From positions 77,934,001 to 77,998,000 of the forward strand of contig OX597825.1 in the NCBI GenBank assembly GCA_951406725.2: DNA of 64,000 nt, given 5' to 3'. Below, piece after piece: positions 42,053-56,260 of this stretch; the first letter of the stretch is position 1, and each line of letters starts with the position of its first letter. Made by a program: the position numbers and the translations under genes. Source of the stretch: Octopus vulgaris (taxonomy: Eukaryota). Below the pieces are notes generated by a model. The model was not told the DNA's origin. It worked only from the letters and a program-made list of their open reading frames with translations, and did not search any database.

Positions 42053-42888
42053 CCCCCTCTCCCCCTCCTCACCTATCCTGTCTCCCCCCGACCCCTACTT
42101 CTTCAGTCCTTCATCCTTTTCACCCCTACTCCCCTTCCCTTCTTCCCTCTTTCTCCCTCCCTCTTCCCCTTCCCTCTGCTCCCTCACTCCCTCTCTCCCC
42201 TTCTCTCTCCCCCTCTCCATCTTTCCTCCTTCATCCCGCTCCTCCCCTTCCTTCTCCCCCATCCTCTCCTCTTCCCCCTTCTCCTCCCCCTCTTCTCCCC
42301 CTCCCCTTCTCTCCCCACCTCTTCTCCCCCTCCCCCTCTTCTCCTCACTACACCACATGACTTTACACATCACATCACATATGATGTGCCATACTAATAC
42401 ACACACCAACTAATACATACTAATACGTACTAATACATACTAGTACATACTAATACACCAACCCTATACATACACACGTCCAGACCCCGCATACGCACTT
42501 ATACTCTCACACACACACACACACACCTATACATACCAATACGTACTAATACATACTAATACATACTAATACATACACCAACCCCATATATACGCACGTC
42601 CAGACCAATCCTACGCACTAATACTCTCTCATACACACACACACACACACACCCTTATGCATACTAATACATACACCAACCCTATACATACACACATCCA
42701 GACCCCTCCCACGCACTATTAGCTGGTCCCTCAACCCTTTTATCAACCCTATTATCTCCCCCTATTTCGCTCTCGCGTCTCATGTTTGATCTTTGACCTC
42801 TGGCCGAAATCAGATCGCCATGTTGATTCGTTAGCTACTGCACGCATTTTTTTCTCTCCTTCTTTCTGTGTTTTTCTCTCTGTGTGTA

Positions 42889-42926
42889 TCTTTCTGTTGA
42901 AGAGCGTAGGCTCGAAACGTTAAAGA
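42889..42926 (+). ncRNA. Minimal hammerhead ribozyme of the PLE pseudo-LTR (A6U variant)
   Basis: tcttt-CTGTTGA-a-gagc-gtag-gctc-GAAA-cgt-t-aaaga; palindromic ACGT stem III. Confidence 0.75.
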
Positions 42927-43023
42927 CTTGTTTTATTTATATTTCCTGAGCGCCATACTAATACAATTGTTCGTTTGTTTTCCACCTGCCTTCGTCTTTT
43001 GTTTATTTTCATAAAGCTTCCCG

Positions 43024-43075
<52 letters not shown>

Positions 43076-43105
43076 ATATATATATATATGTATGTATATA
43101 TGCAT

Positions 43106-43331
43106 AAGGCGGCGAGTTGGCAGTAACGTTAGCGCGCCAGGCGAAATGCTTAGCGATACTTCGTCTGCCGTTACGTTCCGAGTTCAAATTCCGCTGAGGT
43201 CGACATTGACTTTCATCCTTTCGGGGTCGATAAATAAAGTACCAGTTACGCACTGGGGTCGATGTAATCGACTTAATATCTTTGTCTGTCCTTCTTTGTC
43301 CCTTCTATGTTTAGCACCTTGTGGGCAATAA

Positions 43332-43413
<82 letters not shown>

Positions 43414-43795
43414 GCATATATGGGTACAGGACGTCACCAACAGAAAACTTTGCTTTCATCCTTCGGGGTCGGTAAATCAAGTACCAGTGAAACGCTAGTC
43501 GTCGACTAGTCCCGCACCCACCAAAAAATTTTAGGCCTTGTGCCTTTAGTACAAAAGAATATTACAGGAAGGTTTAGGGCATCGAGCTGGCAGTGTCATT
43601 AGCGTGTTAAACAATATGCCAAGCTGCATTTCGTCCGTCTTTACGTTCTGAGTTCAAATTCCACCGAGGGCGACGTTGTTTTTCATCCTTTCCGGGTCGA
43701 TAAATAAAGTACCATTTGAGCAATATGGTCGATTTAATCGGCTTAACCATTTGCCACCAAAACTGCTGACCTTATCCCAAAATTTCAAACCAGTA
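43106..43795 (+). mobile_element. Cluster of SINE family B copies and fragments
   Basis: Family B motifs at 43106-43330, 43445-43560, 43575-43795. Confidence 0.8.
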
Positions 43796-44114
43796 TTACA
43801 GGAGGGTTTCAGTATTTCCTGAACTTTTCTAGTTCCCGAGAAACGAAATCAGATTGTCACAAACAACGAAGCTTTAAAAGAAGTCTAAAATAACTTGAAG
43901 TGCAACATAGAACTACAGAAATGCCTCGATATACGAGTTCCCGGAGACCACTTGTGAAGTGAAAACTCGTAAAACAGAGCGATAATTTACCCTAGCAGCA
44001 ATGTTATAATCGTAATTCGTTCTCAGAAGAGTATTGCACCTTGTTAATTTTTCCTGATGAAATGGCCTATGACCTGTTCAGAAATGACCCTGTTCATTTC
44101 TGTGAATGCATATG

Positions 44115-44632
44115 TTAGTTAATTAGTTAAATTAATTTGGCTCAAAAGCAAATAGCAAGGGACATGGAGTTAAGTACAGGGTGGTGTTCATGTAAAGAGT
44201 TCAGGCCACTTGAGGTCAAGGGAGGCTTTGAACAAAGCGGTCGTCGGTATCTTCACCATCTCGTCTGGCAGCTTGTTCCACGGATCCGCAACCCGGACGG
44301 AGAAAGCTCCTCTCCTTCGATTGAGATGAAATCGTCGCAGGTTTTCGGAATGACCCCGCAGCCGACGCTCTGGAGCAGGAGTGAAGAACAGCTCTTTCGA
44401 GAGATTACACTTTCCGCTTATGATGTTGTGGGCGACAATGAGATCACCACGGCGGCGGCGTTTTTCTAGAGAATAAAGGTCGAGCGTCCTCAGCCTTTCT
44501 TCATAGGACAAATTTTTGAGACCATGAACCATGCGGGTAGCCAGCTTCTGGACTCTTTCGAGATGCTGTATGTCTTTGAGGAGATAAGGAGAAGAGGCTC
44601 GAATCCCGTACTCCAATATGGGTCTCACCATA
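44115..44632 (-). mobile_element. CR1-clade LINE 3' fragment
   Basis: VRPILEYG..SPYLLKDIQHLERVQKLATRMV.GLKNLSYEERL..LDLYSLEKRRRRGDLI...WNKLP...FKASLD; short tandem-repeat tail. Confidence 0.92.
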
Positions 44633-44864
44633 TGAATGTATTTTGATTTTAGTTTGCATATCCATACATATATATGTGCATATCCCTACATATTTATCTG
44701 GCCGCTCTGTATGGGTGTTTACTATCGTATTTTGCAAACAATACAAAAAATATCTATATAATGTACTAGCAGATCTTATGTAAGCATTTTTGTATTGTTT
44801 TCCTCAGCTTGTGACTGGTTTTTTTCGCCTACTTATTTCACCTACTTATTTCCTTTCTTTAGCA

Positions 44865-46340
44865 TCATGTATATCTCTGCTGCTTCTTGTCGCAAGTCTC
44901 TAAACATCCCTGATTCCTTTTATGTCGCAGTTTCACCATTTCTAGTCAAAAGGCAAACATCAACAGATTTATGAAGCAAAGATATTTCGCATATATTAAA
45001 GTAAAAGCTGATGATCAAGACTTGTTTTGGACTCCTCACAAGATGTGCAAGCAGCGTGTCGACAGTTTGCGGATGTGGACCAAAGAAACACGCGATAAGT
45101 TGGCATTTGGTATAACTATGATTTGGCGAGCAGCAAAAGATCATTGCACAGACTATTAGTTTGTTTAGCGAAAATATACGATGATATCTTTATATATAAA
45201 AGTCAAGTTGTGTGTCTGTCTCCTACGATTTAGATTCCTAACTACTCCCACATTTTGCGGTGCAGTTTAACCAAAACCGGGTATCTTACAGTCGTGATTC
45301 ATATCGAGCCCTTCTGGGTATTATCGCGCGTCTACGATGAGTCTACGATTTTAAAAATAATTTACCATCATTTTTTTCCTTTTTAATGCATTTTTCGCTA
45401 TTATATAAGGGAAGTAACTCTCTTAAAATGTCTACGATGAGTCAACGATTTTTTAAAAAATTTACCATATTTTTTTTCCATTTTTAATGCATTTTTTTGC
45501 TATTTTTTGGCTATGACTCTCTAAAAATGCTTTATAGTTATTTCCCTTACAAACCCGAGCAACGCCGGGCGATACTGCTAGTATAAAATAAATACTCTAT
45601 AACAAGAAAATATAAAATTGAGTACCATAGTTTACCATCAGTTCTAGGTCCAATAACTAATTCAGCTGAAATCCCGGGGTCGGTTTTCGTTCATCTACCC
45701 CCTCTTTAAAATTTGGATGGTGATGAAATAAGTCAGTGACAGCAAAGATGCAGATTTTGAAATGAAAGATAAATCACCTCGTAAAGGATTCGATGTGGAT
45801 GAGTTGAATGCTTTGATACACGATTCGGGACTATCAAAACCGATTTTGCTCCTCCTAACATCAACAGTGAATGAGAAAAATTTGCTAGAAAAAGGAGCGA
45901 AGCTACTCTACTTTCGATCCAGAGGAAGTGCATTTCTGTAATTACTTTTGGAGTGACAGTAGGTTCGTTTATTGCAATAACATGAAAGATTTATTGAACG
46001 AATTGGGAATTCTGATCTACATCTCAACTGAATGGCGACTATTCAGCAGTAGTTCAAAGCAGAGCTTTAGGTGTGTCCTGCGACAAAATGGCTATATTTA
46101 TATGGTGCCGATCCAAATGGGGCATTCAGTTTGTCTTCATAATTTTCCATAATATGTTAATTTTGTAAAAAAGTTCAAACTAAGCACGAATTTGTTACAC
46201 GCCGTAATTTTATGGTTTTTAAGACAAAGCGAGAGAATCTTGAAACTCAAAACGTTGATGTGGTGCAGAAAAACTGGAGTCACTTTTGGTTTCAGACGCC
46301 AAAATTTAGTTAAATCAACGAAAATTATGATCCTCAGTGT
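44865..46340 (+). mobile_element. Decayed DNA transposon, probably Chapaev3 (CMC superfamily)
   Basis: Broken motifs DDQDLFWTPHKMCKQ..LRMW..LAFGITMIWR..KDHCTDY and EWRLFSSSSKQSFRCVLRQNG; family assignment from memory. Confidence 0.6.
45187..45581 (+). mobile_element. Non-autonomous Helitron (395 bp)
   Basis: 5' TC, 3' hairpin cccgagcaacgccggg then CTAG, inserted between A and T with no TSD. Confidence 0.88.
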
Positions 46341-46511
<171 letters not shown>

Positions 46512-46554
46512 GCATAGAAACAGAGGGAAGAATTAATATACATATATATATAAT

Positions 46555-46597
<43 letters not shown>

Positions 46598-46961
46598 GTT
46601 TATATACATACACACTTATGCGTCTACACTCATTCATGGTAGATACAGCTTAATTCGCCTGTTTACGATGATATATAAAATAAATACTCTATAAACTTGT
46701 CGAAACTAATGTAAGTGAGTCGAGCTGGGTGTAAATATACTCAATCAACTCGTGAGTTATTCTCTTGTTGAAAAGAAGCACAGCACTTCAGGGTGAAATA
46801 TAGCTAAACAATATCTTAGAAAGAGAGGTGTAGAAAAGCTAAACGAACGCACAGCTGTTAACTGCAGCCGACATCAATCTACAAGCTCACTCTTCGGAGA
46901 AGGAGAGAGAAAAAGTAGTGTATGCCAGAGTGAGGCAGATGTTTACTGGCACGTCGCATTG

Positions 46962-47033
<72 letters not shown>

Positions 47034-47587
47034 CGTATATATATATAAATATCTACTTATCTATCTATGTTTATATCTCTGTCGGTCTGTTTCCCTTTCT
47101 GTTCATAAAACAAGCAGTGCAGCCATTTGCAAAACAGAATATCTGTATTTATTTATAGCTGTTCACATGTATGCAAACATATAAACATCATTTTACAGCC
47201 CACATAGGGGCCAGTGCTGATTTTTTAGGGGCCTTTTTTAGTTATTTTTTGGTGATGGGAGATCACTTTTCTTGTATACTACACCCGTTGCTGTCCTGCA
47301 GCGTCAGGCGGATAAAATATGTTGGCTTATCTTATTAACCGGTACACTTTCTTTAGGAAAAAAATATATTTTGAAACATATACAAAGAAATAAAGTTTCT
47401 GGCGCTTTGGTAGACTTATTCATTTAATAAGCAATTAAATAAATTGAGGTAACGTATAATTAAAAACAAAAGGCTAAAATAAAAATTAAGCGTCCAAATA
47501 ATGAAGCGACAGTCTGTCAGCGTTGAAACATATGCGCACACACATAGAGACGCACACACACACACAGATATGTGTATATAAATGCAT

Positions 47588-47622
<35 letters not shown>

Positions 47623-47869
47623 TACACATATAAACACATGTGTATACATACACACACATACACACACAAACATAAATAGACAAAAGTACGTATATATATG
47701 TATGTGTATGTGTATATAAATGCATGCATATATATATACACACACATACACATATAAACACATGTGTATACATACACACACATACACACACAAACATAAA
47801 TAGACAAAAGTACGTATATATATGTATGTGTATGTGTTTGTATATATATCTATGTGTATATACGCTTGC

Positions 47870-47949
<80 letters not shown>

Positions 47950-48158
47950 GTATATCTATATATGTACATATATATATATGTATATATATATGCATACACA
48001 CATTTTCGTTTATAAATATACACGTGTGTATATATAAATATGTATATGCAAGTATGTATCCATTATTTATTTGTATATATTTACAAACATTGTATATATA
48101 TATATATACACACATATATATATATAAAGTATATATACACACATGCACACACACACAC

Positions 48159-48194
<36 letters not shown>

Positions 48195-48614
48195 TGGGAT
48201 GGAGGATGTATACATATATATGTGTGCGTACAAGAGAAAACAACAAACTCGTACGACTGAAGGTTCCGGGTCTCTAACAAGAACGCTTTTGACAAGGCTC
48301 CGACGCATCTCCGCAAGACATCAAATAATGGTCATGATAGCGCTTGACTGTAGGGTTGTATGGGTATATGTTTATGTGTTTGTATATGTATATATGTGTA
48401 CATGTATGGGTGTGTATATATGCTCGTGTTCGTATGTGGTGAGTATATGTATATATGTGTACATGTACATGTGTGTACATGTAAGTGTATGTATATGTGT
48501 ATGTGTCCGTATGTGTGTGTATGTATATATGTCTGCGAACGTTTATGTGTGTATGCGTAGCTATGTATGTATCTGCGTGTGAGCTTATCTATGTGTGTGT
48601 GTTGGGTTATTGTA

Positions 48615-49163
48615 TTGGGTTGTCCGGAAAGTTCGTGCCAATTTATAGTAGCTCACCTTTTGACTTATTTTAGAACATGGGTGAGTCTATAAAATAGGAT
48701 TTTACTACACCTACATTTAGAGCACAGTTTAAGCTATCTTTTCGTGTAAGAAGGTTTATGTTCCTATAACTTGTGCTATAACTTGTAACCCTTTACGATG
48801 GAAGATAAGAAAGTTCATTTTCGGCACTTGATGCTTTGGAAACCAGGCAAAATTGCTGCAGTTCGGCTGGGATGTGATACCCCACCCTCCATATTCACCA
48901 GATATTGCTCCTTCGGTCTCTGCAGAATAGTCTTAATGGTGAAAATTTCAATTCCTTGGATGACGTAAAAAGGTGCCTTGATGAATTCTTTGCCATGAAA
49001 CCACCTCAATTCTGGGAAGAGGGTATTTTCAAGTTAAAGGAAAGATGGAGACGCATTGTGCAAGAAAATGGTTCATATTTGGTTGATTAAAAATGTAATG
49101 GCAAGTATTTATTGACCTTTTTCTTTCCTTTAAAAATCGGCACGAACTTTCCAGACAACCCAA
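48615..49163 (+). mobile_element. Internally deleted mariner with both TIRs
   Basis: ~30-bp TIRs ttgggttgtccggaaagttcgtgcc, TA TSD; MEDKKVHFRHLMLW, PHPPYSPDIAP, KLKERWRRIVQENGSYLVD. Confidence 0.93.
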
Positions 49164-49812
49164 TACATGTATGTATTTATGCCTGCGTGTGTGTGTATGG
49201 ATGCGACAAATGTTTGAGTGAATGTGTCTATATGTATGTACGAATATGTGTGTGTATAACAAACGGCCGAAGAAAGATTGTGCATTAGTGTGTGTATGTG
49301 TTATGTGCGTTATATGTGGTCAATTTGATGACAAATTATGTAAGTGTGTAATTTGTGTGTGAGTGTATGTGTGTGTGTGTGTGTGAGAGAAAGTGAGATC
49401 AATTGTCCGAACGTGTATGTGGTGCAAACATACGTATATACACAGACAAACATACATGTATACACACACAAACATACACGTATACAGATATATGTATATA
49501 CATATATATTTATAGCATACCACACGCACACACACATACACGAACACAGACACACACATACTGATATATATGTATACACACACATATATATATATATGTA
49601 CATATCTGTAGACTTTTGTATGTGCCCACAGCGTGTGTGTGTGTGTGTGTATGGTTGCGTGTTGTGTTGAATGGCCACTTAGCAATGACTTAACGTGTAT
49701 GCATTTATATGTGTGTACGTATGTATAACGTATACAAACATATTTGCGTGTATATCGATAGGTAGATAGAGAGAGAGAGAGGTAGATAGTTAGATAGATA
49801 GATAGATAGATT

Positions 49813-49843
<31 letters not shown>

Positions 49844-49869
49844 TAATAGATAGATTAATAGATAGATTA

Positions 49870-49939
<70 letters not shown>

Positions 49940-50323
49940 TAATAGATAGATAGATGTAGATATATATACAAAGAGGTGAATACATATATACATCTATATT
50001 TATATACATTTATATAGATATATGTGTATATATATATAGGCATGCATATATGTGTATGTATATATGTATTCCTATCAATGTATGTGTATACATATGTATG
50101 TATGTATGTACATATAAATGTGTATGTCTGATCAATGGGCTGTAAGTTAACTAGTAACGCTTCACTGCACAATTGCTTCTGCCAAGTCAACCGGAACGAA
50201 CCTACCAGAATGTACCTTGTTTTCCAATGAACGCTTCCCTTCACCCATTTCTCAGCCTGCGACACCATTATCACACTCACACACTTGCACACAAGCGTAG
50301 ACACACACACACACGTACGCGCG

Positions 50324-50379
<56 letters not shown>

Positions 50380-50499
50380 AACACGCACTACACATTTACA
50401 CATGCATACAAAATGCAAGCGCACATATAATCGCATATCGACAGAGATGCATACTCGTATACTCACACACGTATATACATGTTATTTACACATGAATAT

Positions 50500-50565
<66 letters not shown>

Positions 50566-50740
50566 ATATATGTGTATATGTATATATATATGTGTGTGTG
50601 TATGTATATATATATATATATATATATACGTGCATACATACATACATACACACACATGAACACAAAGATGCGCATGTTCGCATACGCATATGTGTGTTAC
50701 TGTGTGTGTGTGTGTACGTGTGTTTGTGTGTGTGTGTGTA

Positions 50741-50791
<51 letters not shown>

Positions 50792-51699
50792 AGAAGGTGC
50801 AGAAGTGGTTGTGTGGAAAGAAGCTTGCTTCCCAACCACAGTGTTCCGGGTTCAGTCCTACTGAGTGGCACCTTGGGCAAGTGTCCTTTACTATAGCCTC
50901 GGGTGTTTACGTCCTTGTAACTAGCGGTTCGGCAAAAAGAGTCCGATAAAATAAATACTGGTTTCAAATGACTGAAACAAATTACAAGAGATAAAATGAA
51001 TAAGATTAAAATCACGAGCAGGTGAGATGGTTAAAAGATTTACAATAGTCCTCGAATGATGTACAATTAAATAGATTGTAGTTTTCACGCTGTTCATCCG
51101 ATTTCTTATTTCCAAAATCAAAAAAAAACCTCTCTATCTCATTCTTTTAATCAGGTCATTAACCTTTACCGATAATGTTTCCATATATATGTTTTGGAGG
51201 AATTGGGATGTTTTTAATGGATAAACCCAATATCTGCTTCTATATTTGTTATTTCTATAGGTGGAGCTCAATTTGAGCTAATGTTTCATCAAATAATAAA
51301 AGAGTGGGTAGGTCTTTGCACGAAATAACACGGAAAGGCTCAATATATTGAGCAAATAACAAAGTTCAAGGAAGGAGAACAGACAGCTTAGTTTATCATC
51401 CTCCTACTCCGGTTAATATATATTCAAATTGGGAATATAATCAAATATATACATATCATATCGAAGGGAAATGGAAATTGATAGAAATTTTCACTTTCAG
51501 TGGCCTAGCATGTAAAAATTTAGTCCAAAGACTATGTATCACTCATAAAATACAGTATACGTTTAAATACATAAAAGGAACCCACTCATGGGATTCATCA
51601 CGCTAGAAAGGACAGCTAGGTTCTAAAACCACAAAATTAGGGATAAAATCCCGAAAGGAACAAAAATGAGAATAATAACTTTTTTTTTTTATAACCCTA

Positions 51700-51900
51700 G
51701 GTTGGGCGATCACAATATATATACATATATCATTAACTCAAATTGAGCATATTGAATTGATTCACATAGGAGAAAGTAAAAAATTTTAATTCTAACATTC
51801 ATACAAACAAGACATTAGTTCACACGTCTTATAGGGATAATGCCCTACATATAAATGGGTATGAAAAGTGGATCTTAGGCTGCTTTGAAATGAGTTTGGA
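51700..51900 (+). pseudogene. Possible ancient PLE GIY-YIG relic
   Basis: Broken translation IHIGESKKF...YKQDI, with DNALH in another frame. Confidence 0.3.
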
Positions 51901-52735
51901 TACCAAGTATTTTGTATAATATTAATATTTTGTGAAAAACCTTTGAAAATATGTAGATGATGTCAATATGTAGATGATGTCAATAAATATGTAAAAAATA
52001 TGTAGATGATGTCAATAAATGACAGCAACAGGGAATGTATATTTTATAACTTTATATAGATTGTTGAATGATCCCATAATATTTCGGCGAAGATTCCCCT
52101 TTGCAAATAGAATAATTAAAGCAAAGTGTTCGAAGTGGGTTGTTACAAACAAGCTAGCGCTCTTCATGAAATATACATTCTTTTGAGTTACATATATATT
52201 TTCAGAGGGGAAATTTCCTTGAATGTAACAAAACAGGCTATAAAACCATGTGGTAACCTTGAGGAATAAAACAAACGGATTTATTCTGTTTCTAAATACA
52301 CAAAAATAATTTAATCTTTGATGTAAACAATTTCGGGATAAACTGCGCGCTTATCAAACACTTAACTATAGATTTAATTTTAATTGCTAATTAGTAAAAG
52401 AATAATTAATTGCGCGTTATTTGTATGTATGTATATGTGTGCGTGTTTATGAGGATGTATTACAGAAACATTATGTATGCTCGTAAGTGTACATGTATGG
52501 ATATACATATGTACATATGTAAATATATATGTGTATATATATATATATGTGTGTATGTGTGTATATATATATATATGTATGTATATATATTTATTAATAT
52601 ATGTATATATATATATATACACAAACACATAAACATATACATGCATACGTATATCAGCCATACATAGGTACACACGCAGAGAGAAATTAAGGTAAGTCTA
52701 CGCCTAGAGAGGCGGCATTAGCAATCTAGGAAAAC

Positions 52736-52819
<84 letters not shown>

Positions 52820-53008
52820 ACACACGCTCACATATATAGAGATAGATAAAGGTATAAATATACATACATGTATATGTATATGTATATATATGTATGTATT
52901 AACGCATCCATCATTCGAATCTATTCATATACAGCCAGGAATTTACACACATACATCTATATATATGCATAGAATCATCCGTAATAACCGCACACCTCAT
53001 ATAGTTTT

Positions 53009-53051
<43 letters not shown>

Positions 53052-53099
53052 TACTATATATACATGCATATATGTATATGTATGTGTATGTGTATATAA

Positions 53100-53151
<52 letters not shown>

Positions 53152-53564
53152 GCACACTCACTCACGCATACATATATATGTATGCATACACACACACGCA
53201 CAGCCACTACACAGATATATGTACAGTTACACCCACACGGCTATTTGCATTGAGCGGTGATACAGAACCACATCAATATCTGGAAAAACCTTTTCAAACT
53301 ACAAGCTCCGCTAGACACAGTTATTCATGAACCGAAAGTGAGGCTTTGAAATCTATAATTACAGGCCACACTTGTAATTTCAACAGCCATGGCTATGTAG
53401 CGATATAAGCTATGTAGTACGGCTGACACTTTTATTTTGCTTTCGTATTCAATGAAACTTCACAAAGCAAATCAGTGTGTATAATAGAGCTTGCATGATG
53501 GTTTCACCAATTCTTACACGCTGCTTCACTTTGCCTGTATATATGCGCGTGAAATTGTGTGTGT

Positions 53565-53603
<39 letters not shown>

Positions 53604-53884
53604 TGTGTGTTTGTGTGTGTGTAAGTTATATGGTTGTGCTGTGGGACACTCCCTTCATCATAACGACTTCGCAACCTTTGCGACAGTTGTGCGACAGAAG
53701 CACCAGCTCTACCGTGCGTATATCTATCTATCTATCTATTCGTCCCTCCGTCCGTCCATCTATCAATCTACCTATTTATTTATCTATCAATCTAACTCTA
53801 TATCAGATGTAACCATGTACATACGCACACACATATGCACATACATACACGCATATACAAACACATACACACGAATACATATGC

Positions 53885-53930
<46 letters not shown>

Positions 53931-54205
53931 CCCCCCTCCCACCCAGACACACATTATTAATAAGGATTGAATTGATAGCGACTTAGAATTTCTTTCCAGA
54001 CAAACCTCCGCCAGATGATGGTTTCGCAGGCCAAATTTTCGCAGTTACTGTCAAGATATATATATATATATACATATATATATTCATATATATGTATGTA
54101 TATACATATATATACACACATATATATATACATATATATGTATGTATATATATATACACATATATACATGCATATGTATGTGTTATATATGTGTGTATAT
54201 ATATA

Positions 54206-54236
<31 letters not shown>

Positions 54237-54331
54237 ATGTATGTATGTATGTATGTATGTATGTATGTATGTATGTATGTATGTATGTATGTATATGTAT
54301 ATATCCAAATTGAGGGAGTGGAAAAGGTAAA

Positions 54332-54427
54332 ATCCATGCTACATATGTTTGCTAGCAAACCCATCCACTGAAGTAATAATTACTCAACGAGAGTGTACTC
54401 GGTCAACTATTCATCAGGCCGAAGATA
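54332..54427 (-). ncRNA. Decayed hammerhead (inverted partner of 54550-54641)
   Basis: Minus strand ggc-CTGATGA-atag...ctag-CAAA-catatgta-gc; G12 lost. Confidence 0.55.
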
Positions 54428-54549
54428 ACCTCACTATATGAAGGTTACATTGTCATTAAGGAATTCCAAATTAACTCGTCAAATATGTGATCTGAAATGA
54501 ATAAAACAACAGAATAAACCAACGACAATGTAGCATTCATATAATTAAG

Positions 54550-54641
54550 ATATCCTCGGCCTGAGGAGTAGGTAGTTGAGGACGCCTCGTTGAGTTATTA
54601 CAGAAGATCTGCTAGCTAGGAAACATATGTAGCCTGGATAT
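54550..54641 (+). ncRNA. Type I hammerhead ribozyme, canonical core, long stem-loop II
   Basis: Stem I atatcc-tc-ggc / gcc-t-ggatat; CTGAGGA 54561-54567; tag/cta stem II; GAAA 54620-54623; ACATATGT; GUA site. Confidence 0.75.
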
Positions 54642-54874
54642 GACCCGCTCCACTTTCTCACCATTTATTCGCATTCATAGCAACTCTGTTTGCTAATCGT
54701 GAGCTTTACATAACATTTTTCAGCTCCTCTAGCTTCGATATGGGAAAAGCTTCCAATCTTCGACGCCGATGAATTATTATTGTTTCTGGGGGTTGTTTTT
54801 TTTACACCTAACATGGACTGCTCGAAGATAACAAACTTTCTACAGTTAAATCCTTGGATCTTATGCTAATAATG

Positions 54875-54945
<71 letters not shown>

Positions 54946-55050
54946 TATAATAAGTGACAAGAAAAGAATAAGAACTCCATATTAGGTAAATAGAAGATTA
55001 TTTATAATAGCCGACGAGAATGCATCGTAGCTCGGCTCTTCACTCCGACA

Positions 55051-55134
<84 letters not shown>

Positions 55135-55215
55135 TATAGCAAGAAAAATGAAGGACGTGATTAATTGTAATGAAAAAATATATATAGAAAAAAATAAGAG
55201 AAGGAAAATGCACAC

Positions 55216-55247
<32 letters not shown>

Positions 55248-55649
55248 GTATCTAGGTATATAAGTGTGTAGACGTGTCTGTGTATATGTGTTCGGCGTAT
55301 CCCCATTGGACAAATATTTTCATTTTGAGCTGTTTACATCCCGCCGCACTTGAATGTATATCTACCAGGACACCTCTGGGACGACTAGAAGTTTCCACTT
55401 CCTCATAAAAAATTAACAGACCTAACCCTTCTCTTGTGTACTGCACCCTACAAACCGGAACAAAATGCATGACTAGCGCGCAGTGTTATACAATAAACAA
55501 ACGTATGGATCAGCTGAAATATACTTGGGAAATAAGTGAGACTCAGTTTGCCTTAGATAACAATTCTTGTTTACGTCTAATATTTTTGCCTAAAACGAGA
55601 AAGTTCCTCCATGACAAGCTGCGACGAAAATGACCTTTTTATATGATGC

Positions 55650-55812
55650 GGTGACTATACTTTTTTGTCTACCTTGTTTTTTCTTACCTTGTCTTTCCCT
55701 TCAGTAGAAGAGCGTATGCCCGAAACATAAAGGGGATTTTGTAATATTCCTAGGCGGAAACCTAAAATACCCTCTCTGTTTTTTACCATTTCTTCGTGTG
55801 ATCTTTTTGCCT
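55650..55812 (+). mobile_element. Diverged PLE pseudo-LTR with decayed hammerhead (55697-55734)
   Basis: ccctt-CAGTAGA-agagcgtatgccc-GAAA-cat-a-aaggg. Confidence 0.6.
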
Positions 55813-55878
55813 GATATACATACATACATACGTGCATACATGCATACATAGATACATACACACATACATGCATGCATT

Positions 55879-55932
<54 letters not shown>

Positions 55933-55941
<9 letters not shown>

Positions 55942-56260
55942 TAATGTAGGATAAAATTTTTTCGAAAAAAATTTTTATCAATGGCCAGCGTATTAAAAAA
56001 TACCTTTAAAGGTTAAATTTATAACCAACTTATAAATGAGGGCAAACGAAAAAATTTCTAATGCCGACGAAGGGAGGGTTCTTACGAACTAACCCTGAAA
56101 TCGGTCCGATATGGTAATAATGGAATTTTTTAGAAATTTCATTCGACCTTTTTTGGGTAGCGTGCGTATTGTGAAAAAATTATAATGGTTATGGACACTA
56201 TGTCTAATTTCGGCATATTTGGCATTAGAAACTTTTTCGTTTGTCCTCATTTATAAGTTG
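55933..56260 (+). mobile_element. Asymmetric fold-back insertion in (TA)n containing an HHR-like motif (56060-56110)
   Basis: Arms 56026-56065 and 56221-56260; CCGACGA 56064-56070, agggtt/aaccct stem, GAAA-tcgg-TC. Confidence 0.7.

Larger units (their letters stand above)
40505..43025 (+). mobile_element. Penelope-like retroelement (Neptune-type), 5'-truncated, inserted in microsatellite
   Basis: RT-EN ORF, pyrimidine-rich 3' UTR, pseudo-LTR with hammerhead, ends at (TA)n. Confidence 0.95.
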
